Part shown: one piece after another, positions 63,660-64,000 of the stretch
Layout of the letters: each line of letters opens with the position of its first letter
How positions within the stretch are numbered: the stretch's first letter is position 1
From: Octopus bimaculoides
Taxonomy: Eukaryota
Assembly (NCBI RefSeq): GCF_001194135.2
Contig: NC_068981.1
Span: 108,286,886 to 108,350,885 of the forward strand
DNA: 64,000 nt
Reading direction: 5' to 3'
Program-made: the position numbers and the translations under genes
The notes under the pieces: generated by a model
The model's input: only the letters and a program-made list of their open reading frames with translations
Database searches by the model: none
What the model was told of the DNA's origin: nothing

Positions 63660-63992
63660 CTCAGGAAGACCCATACTCCACAGCAGAAGCAATAAGACTG
63701 GTCCCTCCATTGGTGAGGATTGACCTGCAAAAGTCCTGGACCGGTTCTACATAAAAAGTACTTGTGGCATTGTCATGTAAAAATGCCTGTGTGGTGCCAT
63801 GTAAAAGTGCCAATGCGGTGGCACGTAAAAGCACCCAGCACACACTGTAAAGTTGCTGGCGTTAGGAAGGGCATCTAGCCACAGAAACCATGCCAAATCA
63901 GACTGGAGTCTGGTGCAGTTCCTCAGCTTGTCAGGTCTGATCAACCCATCCAGTCCATGCCAGCAATGTTAAAAGATGATGATGATGATGAT
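63660..63992 (+). mobile_element. RTE-related SINE/LINE 3' end with short internal tandem repeats and (GAT)n tail
   Basis: gcacccagcacacactgtaaagttgctggcgttaggaagggcatc...aaagatgatgatgatgat; homologous to 34390-34559. Confidence 0.85.
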
Positions 63993-64000
63993 TATATATA

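Overview
AT-rich animal genomic DNA, inferred to be octopus (coleoid cephalopod) from my recognition of its SINE, RTE and MITE families. It contains five N-gaps (5435-5864, 37252-37582, 53466-53546, 54809-55538, 55986-56085). One host gene is clear: the 3' part of an Ajuba/LIMD1/WTIP-family triple-LIM protein on the minus strand. Its six GT-AG coding exons (50288-50355, 41382-41444, 36468-36598, 34761-34812, 30802-30870, 24639-25106) splice into one open frame covering the second half of LIM1, LIM2, LIM3 and a 128-aa tail ending YQITEL. The 5' exons were not found and probably lie beyond 64000. A TE-poor, U-rich 3' UTR of about 7 kb probably follows. The rest is introns and flank filled with RTE and CR1/L2-type LINEs, Penelope-like elements (PLEs), Tc1/mariner/pogo relics, hAT, piggyBac and MULE-like MITEs, tRNA-derived SINEs and microsatellites. 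Most notable observations: (1) an inverted PLE pair in one intron (37583-40505) that would fold the pre-mRNA into a roughly 1.1-kb duplex and carries a type I hammerhead ribozyme motif (37780-37866) sense to the host and left unpaired by a deletion in the partner arm; (2) a near-perfect 300-nt hairpin in the putative 3' UTR (21620-21920); (3) a sharp CpG-rich to CpG-depleted boundary near 8.3 kb; (4) a perfect 4-unit heat-shock element in an intron. All functional statements are inferences that need testing.
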